Origin: Lingula anatina
Taxonomy: Eukaryota; Animalia; Brachiopoda
Assembly: GCA_051362555.1 (NCBI GenBank)
Contig: CM120642.1
Location: 14,136,001 to 14,200,000, forward strand
Length of the DNA stretch: 64,000 bases
Reading direction: 5' to 3'
Shown: in pieces, positions 43,540 to 52,500 of the stretch
Numbering within the stretch: the stretch's first letter is position 1
Layout: each line of letters opens with the position of its first letter
Position numbers and translations under genes: made by a program
Notes under the pieces: model-generated
The model's input: the letters and a program-made list of their open reading frames with translations, nothing else
What the model was told of the DNA's origin: nothing
Database searches by the model: none

Positions 43540-46500
43540 TCACATGTAAAACATGAACTTGCTGCGAGACTGAGATGACAGTCTCTGCCACTTGTATTTC
43601 ACACTCACATATCTCACACAGCCATGGAAAAATATCAGGAATCCTAAAATAAATCACAATTTGATGTTAGAATTGAGGATACCTTCACAAATTATGATAA
43701 AAAGTGTTGCCCCTCTTCATCAAACAGGCTAATACAGTCAGCAATGTTAACACTGGCCCCACGCTAAATGCCAATATAGAATTGAAGGCCAAGCTGTAAA
43801 ATATTTGAAATTTCTTCAGTTTCTGGACACCTTTTCTACTTTTAAGTCTATTTAGACCAGTAAAGATTTTAGCAGAGATTGTTAGTCATCTTGTGCTTGA
43901 GATACTTAAACACAATTTTCAGGAGGGCACCAAAAATAATCGATGCAAAACCTCTCTGTGCCTCCCCCAAAAAAAGGGCACGCAAAACAAGAAAACATTA
44001 AACATTTTATAAATGATATTGACAATAAGATTTTTTTTTGTAGAAGTAAATTACTCACCTAAAAACATAAGCAACCACCAGAGCCAAGAGTCAGCATCTG
44101 CATATCCAGAACCACTGATCCAGTGACTATGCTACAAAGGAACATTCACCCATGTTAGAGTTATTATCAAACATATCTGAATAAAACTTAAGGACATTAA
44201 AAAAAAATACATATTGTAACGATTTTACATAGCCTTAAAATTCATGGTAAAATTGCCGCAGTAAGCTTTAGCCTTTTGTTTACATTCTTGTGTGTGTTGA
44301 ACTTTGAACCTTAAGTTGGAATGGCTTGTAAGTGGTATCAGTTTACGAAAGAGGGGATTGTGGTGTCCAGTAGAGGGGTTGGCGGTCAACCATTCAAGGC
44401 CGTCCACTTTTACTCTGGCTGCCAGTCAAAGTAGCAGTGAACCATTCAAGGCCGTCCACTTTTGAAATGTATAAATACAGCTGCTCTTCGCAGTGTCGTT
44501 CAGTTAGAGTTCAGTTAGAGTTACTGTAGAGTATAGTGGCAGTACTCAGTGAGAGTATAGTGTCAGACTTAGTTTCACAACTTAGTTTGAGTCAGTTTCA
44601 CAATATAGTTCCAGTTAGTTTATTGTAGCTGAGTTGCAGTTGTTTAAATTAGAAGTACAGCAGTACAGCAAGAATAGAGACAGTGTTTAGTAAAAGATAC
44701 AGAAACATGTACATTTGTGTTGAGAGTTATTCGTAGAAATAAAGTTTACAAAACAGAGACCTTGTTTTGTTGGTGGCAGCGAAGTAAGAGAACCGTACAC
44801 TGGTGGCAGAAAAGCGAAGACCTTTACACTGGTGGCAAGCGCTGGGATACAGACTTTAACACGCCAAGAGAAAAGCTCAAGAAATCAAGAAATTCAAAAT
44901 GCCTCCTAAAAAGGACAACAGATCTGACCAGGAGGAAGTGAGAAACCTGGAGGAACAGATTGAAGAAGCCTGCAGAGCTCTTGAAGCTGAAAAAGAAAAT
45001 TCTACTCACAGAATTCAAGTTGCTGTAGAAGAAGCAGAGGCAGAGAAAGAAAGATTAATTAGAAAAGCAAAAGAAAATGCTGACATCTTAGAGGCACGTG
45101 CTGAGGCTGCAGAACAGAGAGTCAGAGCCCTAGAGCGACAGAAAGAGACAGAAATAGAACACAGAGCCCAGAATGAACGCATATCAGAAACAATAACCCC
45201 TACACTTACCCCATTTCACAGAATTAACGGCCGTAGTAACTTTGAAATACCTTTGCCCAGACAGACTCTCTTTAGTGGAAAAGAATCCTGGGAGGGTTTC
45301 ATTGAGCCATTCAAAGCACTAAGCCAGACTTGTGAATGGAGTGAGTCTGAGAAACTGTTTAGATTATGTAACAGTCTGCGTGGTGAGGCTGCTGATTTCG
45401 CCTTTGTGCAGTTGTCAGCAGAAGTGGTAAATTCCTACCCTCTGCTACAGAGGGCGTTGCAAAACCGATTTCAAGAAAAGCGCACTACAAGCTCCTATCT
45501 GTCAGAGCTAGAAAATAGAAAGCTTAGTTCAAGAGAGAAACTGCCAGAGTACATATCCGATATTAGAAAGTTAGTGTTAAAAGGTTACCCGACGGCTGAC
45601 TGCACCACACGTGAGGCCATTGCATTGCGCCACTTCATAAAAGGGTTGCCAGACCATCAAGCCGCCGTGGCAGTGGGCATGAAAACGCCCAAAAATCTAG
45701 ACGAAGCAAGGGAGGCCCTTGAAATGTATAACAGTCTAAGAGAAGAGGCAGTGAAAAGACCAAGTGTTAGGGCAGCAAATCCTGAGGCTGTTGTAACAGA
45801 AAGTCAGCTACACCAGCTTGAAAAGAAGTTTGACCAGAAGTTAGATGAAATTAAAGACTTGATAATGAAAGAGAAAGAAAAAGACAAGAAAAGTCCTCCA
45901 CCACCCAAGTCAGAAAATTGGAAAAACAACGTAGAGTGTTTCAAGTGCCATAGATATGGGCATCTGGCAAGAGAATGCAAGGCACCTGTGAAAGAGGCTC
46001 AGCATGTAAACAACCAGGGAAACTGAGAAGGGGCATTCCAGCCGGCCAGAATGAACCCCTAAAAACACCTGTTGACCGTGACATTGAAACCGTCAGTTGT
46101 AGAAATGCTAGTGTTTCTTGGCCAGTGAAGATTCAGGGCCAAGAAGTGAACTTTATTGTAGACACTGGTGCGTCAAAAACAATTATATCTACCCACAGTT
46201 ATGAACAAATTCCCCATGATTTTAGACCTGAACTGAAAAAGACTCATAGAAAATTGCAGTTGCAGGTTGCAGACAGTAGAAACATTGAAATTGAAGGCCA
46301 TGTAGAAATAAAATTTCAGTCTGGTGAAGAAGTGTTTATTTGGGACATGCTTGTAGCAAAAATAAAGGATGATGGTTTGTTAGGAATGGACTTCCTGTGC
46401 CATCATGATTTTTCACTGGGTGTGAACGGACTGAAACTTAATGGGAAGAGAGTGCCCTGTTTGGTTGAGAGGGAACCAAAGCATGCCTTTAGAGTGACAG

Positions 46501-49500
46501 TGACTAATGACGTTATTATTCCTGCAAACAGTGAGTTGGTCATAGAAGGGACAGTTGATTCTAGCAAAATAAAATCAGGATTTGGACTGGTAGAGGCAAT
46601 TCCAGAGAAGTCGAGTGATTTTCTGATCGGACATGTGCTAGTTGATCCTTTCACAAGAGACAATAAAATACCTGTGAGACTCCTTAACCCTTCTAATGAA
46701 GACATTTCACTTTTGAAAGACACCTGCGTTGCTCATTTACATGAAGTAGACCATGTGATTGGTGATAAACTTGAAGATAGCCTTTCTGTGCCCACCTTAC
46801 GAGCAGACTTAACCCCTGGTAAACAAAAGTCAGACTTAACCCTTCATAGCCCAGAATTGCCTGAGTACCTGGCTGACCTCTATAAACAGTCAGGTGAGAA
46901 TTTGACTGACTTTGAAAGATGTGAATTAAAGAAACTCCTGCAGAAGCACAGTGATGTTTTTGCCAAGTCTTCCAGTGACATGGGTCACACATCTGTCGTA
47001 AAGCATAAGATTGTCACTGGTGATGCAAGACCCATAAAACAGCAGCCCAGAAGACCCCCTAGAGCGTTTGCTGGGGAAGAAGAGAAAATAATTCAGGAAC
47101 AGCTCCAAAATGGTGTTATTAGAGAGTCCACCTCACCTTGGTCATCTCCACTAGTTTATGTCAAGAAAAAGGATGGAACAACAAGACCCTGTGTTGACTA
47201 TAGACGCTTAAATGATGTAACAGTGAAAGATGCTTACCCTCTTCCTCGAATAAATGACTGTTTAGACTCTCTTGGTGGCTCAATTTTCTTTTCAATAGCT
47301 GATTGCCAGAGCGGGTATTATCAAATCGAGGTAGCAGAAGAAGATAAGCCAAAGACTGCATTTGTGACCAGAAATGGTTTATATGAATATAATGTTATGC
47401 CTTTTGGTCTTTCTAATTCTCCTTCAACCTTCGAACGGTGTATGGAACTGATTTTACGTGGTTTGCAGTGGCAGACAGTGTTGATTTACCTTGATGACAT
47501 CATCGTGTTTGGTAAATCGTTTGAAGAACACTATAAGAGACTTGACGAGGTTTTTAATCGTCTTGGGAAAGCAGGACTAAAACTGAAACCAAGCAAATGC
47601 AGGTTGTTCCAGACTGAAGTTCAGTTTTTGGGACATGTAGTGACACAAGATGGCGTTAAACCAGATCCTGAGAAGGTAGAGTGTATAAAGAAATGGCCAG
47701 TTCCCAGGAATCTGACTGACGTACGTAGTTTTCTAGGACTGTGCTCATATTATCGTAGATTTATAAAAGGATTTTCAACAAGAGCTGCTCCAATTAATCA
47801 CCTGCTCCAGGCCGGCCAGGCGTTTACTTGGATGGACTCTTGTCAGACAGCATTTGAGGACCTCAAAAGTGCCCTTACAGGTAATGAGGTAATGGCGTAT
47901 CCGAGAGACAAAGGGCTGTATATTCTCGACACTGATGCTTCAGCCACGGGCATTGGTGCCGTTTTATCTCAGTTACAGTGGTGTGAGAAGACCCAGAAAG
48001 AAATAGAGAAACCAGTCGCGTATGCAAGTAAGTCATTGACGAAAACTCAACGCCGTTACTGCGTGACTAGAAAAGAACTGCTTGCCGTTGTTACCTTTGT
48101 TCAACAATTCAGACACCATTTATTGGGTAGACAGTTTTTGGTACGAAGCGATCACAGTGCCCTCCGATGGGTTATGTCCTTTAAGGAGCCCAATGATCAG
48201 ATGGCCAGATGGCTGGAAGTGCTATCACAGTATGATTTTAAAATAGAACACCGAGCAGGGGCCAGGCACGGTAACGCAGATGCAATATCGAGATTTCCAT
48301 GCGACCCAGATGAGTGTCCATGCTATGATGGAGAGTCCATTTTAAGCAATTTGCCATGCGAGGGTTGCGTACAGTGTAAGAAGAAACATGAACAATGGTC
48401 CAGATATCTGGAAGAAGAAGTCGTCCCTTTAGTAACCAGACGAGTGACAGAAAACCGAAAGAAAGAACTAAAATCAGACAACGGAGTCTGTGGCAGTGGT
48501 CAAGCATTGGGAAACCGAGGAAAATGTCCAGTAAAACGTGTGTATACAGCAGCTTGTTCAGTTTTATTGACAGGCCTTTACATCCTACTGACATTGTTCT
48601 TTGCAATCCTGAGCTGGGTGACCATGAAATTCAGGTGTATCTTTAAGGAAGTTAGAGCACTTTCTCTTCGAAGGATGAGAGTTTCCAAGAAAAAGGAAGT
48701 GCTGCCTAGAGAAAACTTGACATTCAAGGATCAAGATTTTTCTCATGGTGATGAAGATACAGATCTCAGTGAATCTGAGAGTGACAGAGATAGACTTCCA
48801 GCCGAGTGGCTGGGCAGTTACACTGTGAATGAATTGTTTAATTTGCAGCGTGAAGACCCCGAGTTGAAGACTGTGCTGTACTGGAAGGAACAGTCATCAC
48901 AGAGACCAGAAAGAGATAAAGTGGCCGCAGAAAGTCCTGCAGTGCGACAGTTATGGTTGCTTTGGGACCAACTCGTGCTGCAGGAGGGCATTTTATATAA
49001 AAGATGGGAAACTTTAGATAAGACAGGTTCCTTTTTACAGATATTGGTTCCGAGAGAGATGAGGAACGAGGTGATGAATGGCGTGCATGACAAAGTCACG
49101 TCAGGTCACCTTGGCGTCAAGAAAACAGTGAGCAAGTTGAAAAGACACTTCTACTGGTACAAGATGAAAGAAAGTGTAAGAGATTACATAAGAAGATGTG
49201 CTATTTGTGGTGGGAGAAAAAGGCCACGGTCAAGACCCAAGGCTCCTTTGCTAAGATATGCTGTAGGCGCTCCCATGGACAGAGTGGCAACAGACATCTT
49301 AGGACCTTTTCCAGTCAGTGAAAGAGGCAATAAATATATTCTTTTAGCAATGGACCAGTTTTCCAAATGGGTGGAGTGCTCTGCCATCCCTGACATATCA
49401 GCTAAAACTGTAGCACACAAGCTAGTGACAGAGTTTTTCTCTAGATTTGGCCTACCCCTTGATCTCCATTCAGACCAAGGTAGCAACTATGAGTCACAGT

Positions 49501-52500
49501 TATTCAAACAAGTATGTCAACTATTAGAAATAAATAAAACCCGAACATCCAGCTATCATCCCTCAGGAAATGGAATGGTGGAGAGATTCAATATTGTGTT
49601 ATGTGACATGATATCAGCTTACGTGTCAGAAGACCAACGGGATTGGGACATTCATTTGCCTTTATTGACTGCAGCATACAGGTGCTGTAAACATGAAAGC
49701 ACTGGTTATTCCCCTAATTTGCTTATGTTGGGCAGAGAAGTTCACACAGCTACAGAACTGATCTTTGGAAAACCACCAGAAGACCGATCTGTGACGTCTC
49801 CTTCAGAGTATGTCAAAATGTTGCAAGAGAAAATGACTAGAATTCATGAAATAGTGAGATTGCATTTGAAAAAGGACTTTCAAAGGCAGAAAAGAGACCA
49901 TGACACCCGTATTTCGCAAAATAACTATAAAGTTGGTGACTTGGTGTACTTACTAGATAGCACTAGAACAGTGGGACTGAGCCCAAAGCTGAAACGTGAT
50001 AAATGGCAAGGACCTTTTGTTGTTGTCAAAAAGCACAGTGATTTGTTGTTTGCAGTGAAAGGCAAGCCTAAGTGTAAAATGAAGATCGTGCACCATGACC
50101 GTCTTAAGCCATTTTTAAGTGACCAAGTTCCAGATTGGGTGTCCAGTTTGCAGAAATGTTTACATAAAGGTAATTATGTAGAAGGCAGTCCACTGAAACG
50201 TGAAGGAAGTGCCATCAAACACAGAATGAAGCAGAGTGGCCAATCTAAACAAGTGCAAGTACCCAAGAACCAACCTGACAGTAATTTGAGAAATGAGGGA
50301 AGACCGCAAAGGAAAAGAAGACCTCCCAAGAGATTTGCTGATTGACTGTGACAATGACCTTTTAAAGTGACCATTATTATTAATCAGACAATGAACTTTA
50401 AAGTGAACATTATTAATAATCAGACAGTGAACTTTGAAGAGAACACTATTATGAATCAGACTATGAACTTAAAATGATTATCATTGTTGAACTTTAGAGT
50501 AATTTTATTAATCAAAGTGACACTGAACTATTGAATGAACTTTATGAACTGACTGAATTTTTAACTGCTTAAATGTTTCAGAATATTTTTAGTTTTAACT
50601 GATTTAGTAGTTGGGCAGATCCCCGGTGGGATCAGACCTAGGGGGGGAGAGTGTAACGATTTTACATAGCCTTAAAATTCATGGTAAAATTGCCGCAGTA
50701 AGCTTTAGCCTTTTGTTTACATTCTTGTGTGTGTTGAACTTTGAACCTTAAGTTGGAATGGCTTGTAAGTGGTATCAGTTTACGAAAGAGGGGATTGTGG
50801 TGTCCAGTAGAGGGGTTGGCGGTCAACCATTCAAGGCCGTCCACTTTTACTCTGGCTGCCAGTCAAAGTAGCAGTGAACCATTCAAGGCCGTCCACTTTT
50901 GAAATGTATAAATACAGCTGCTCTTCGCAGTGTCGTTCAGTTAGAGTTCAGTTAGAGTTACTGTAGAGTATAGTGGCAGTACTCAGTGAGAGTATAGTGT
51001 CAGACTTAGTTTCACAACTTAGTTTGAGTCAGTTTCACAATATAGTTCCAGTTAGTTTATTGTAGCTGAGTTGCAGTTGTTTAAATTAGAAGTACAGCAG
51101 TACAGCAAGAATAGAGACAGTGTTTAGTAAAAGATACAGAAACATGTACATTTGTGTTGAGAGTTATTCGTAGAAATAAAGTTTACAAAACAGAGACCTT
51201 GTTTTGTTGGTGGCAGCGAAGTAAGAGAACCGTACACTGGTGGCAGAAAAGCGAAGACCTTTACAATATCACTTGGCTAAACTTCATTAAAGATTAAAAA
51301 GGAAAATTATTGGAAAAATATACTGTTGAAATTACTCTCACATCCAATGCACATGACTGGAACCTACAAGGAAAAGGGCAGAGGGGTAAGCCATATAACA
51401 CATGGTGCCATGACATAAAGGCAGATACCAAGAAACTAGGCAGCTTGGAGACAGCTTGAGATGATATTGGACATATGAAGGGAACTTGAAGGTCACCCAT
51501 GCCCCACAAGAGGTAATAAGCATATTGGATCCAAAGATGTCAACTATACTCACAAGCCATTTGATCAATGTTGTTTCAGATACCCCTCAAAACAGAACCG
51601 ATTTGACAGATAGTCTTCTGACTGAAGTCGGACAACGGACGGGGAAGGGGAATATTCAAAGTCATACAGCTTAGTTTCCATTCAGTTATTTACTAGTCAA
51701 CCAAACTGTTTGTCTAGTAGTCACACTCATATCCATAACAGCTTTAAGTGTCAAAGCCAAACTCCATTTGATTTTTTGCTTAATAGTGTAATATCATTTG
51801 AGCACTATTTCTTACCTGGACAATGGCCACCCACTTGACCATAGAGAGTCCAAAGCCAGCAAAGGCTCCAAATCTACCAGCTATAGTGGTGGATGCACAC
51901 ATGGCAAACAACAGGCCAAACCAGTTGAACAGGAATGCAACTGAAGCAATACAAGATATAACTGACTAGACAGACAAAATACTGACATTTGCCAAATATT
52001 AATTTGTCAATATGAAAGTTATAATTTGAGTTTACTATCATTTTGATAACTTACAGTCATGGTTTGTTCATATTATGATTCCTTATAATCTAAAATGTGT
52101 CCTGATTTTGGATTCAAGAAGAGGGAAACAAGTTTATTCCCACGATACAATATTCTCATTTTTAAGCTTATTACGAAGCTTATTTTCATATATCTCAATC
52201 ACAGAAAAATCGGTGTTCACTTATCTGTTAATGAATTAATTTATGCATTCTTACTCTTTCTAGCCCCAAGTATCTACTATAAGATTCTTTCACTTATATT
52301 GTACTTTGTTAGAGGCAACCTACTTAAAAATGTGCACATGAATATCCCATCTGTCCCAAGGGTCAGTTCATCAAACTGTTCACTTGAAACTTGCTGCAAA
52401 CAGATGATAAAATATTATAAATATTCAAACATTCTTCACTTGGTTAAACCATCTTTTGAAAAGTCAGTCTAATATGATAATGTTACAGCTATAACTACAT

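Larger units (their letters stand above)
44215..51265 (+). mobile_element. Full-length Ty3/Gypsy LTR retrotransposon (7051 bp), env-less, inserted antisense in NDFIP intron 5
   Basis: Two 614-bp direct repeats with TGTAA...TTACA ends. 4-bp TSD ATAT at 44211-44214 and 51266-51269. PBS after the 5' LTR and PPT before the 3' LTR. gag and pol ORFs in PR-RT-RH-IN order. Confidence 0.98.

Noticed and set aside
44225-44407. Identical 60-aa minus-strand ORF in both LTRs (also 50662-50844)
   Set aside because: The duplication simply reflects LTR identity. It is short with no motif.
46403-50374. Several antisense or alternate-frame ORFs within pol, including 48395-48646
   Set aside because: These are expected shadows of a long coding frame and show no independent features.
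50350-50485. 36-bp periodicity, and the 30-bp periodicity at 44771-44848, resembling CRISPR arrays
   Set aside because: The context is a eukaryotic retrotransposon, the units are degenerate tandem copies without unique spacers, and there are no cas genes.
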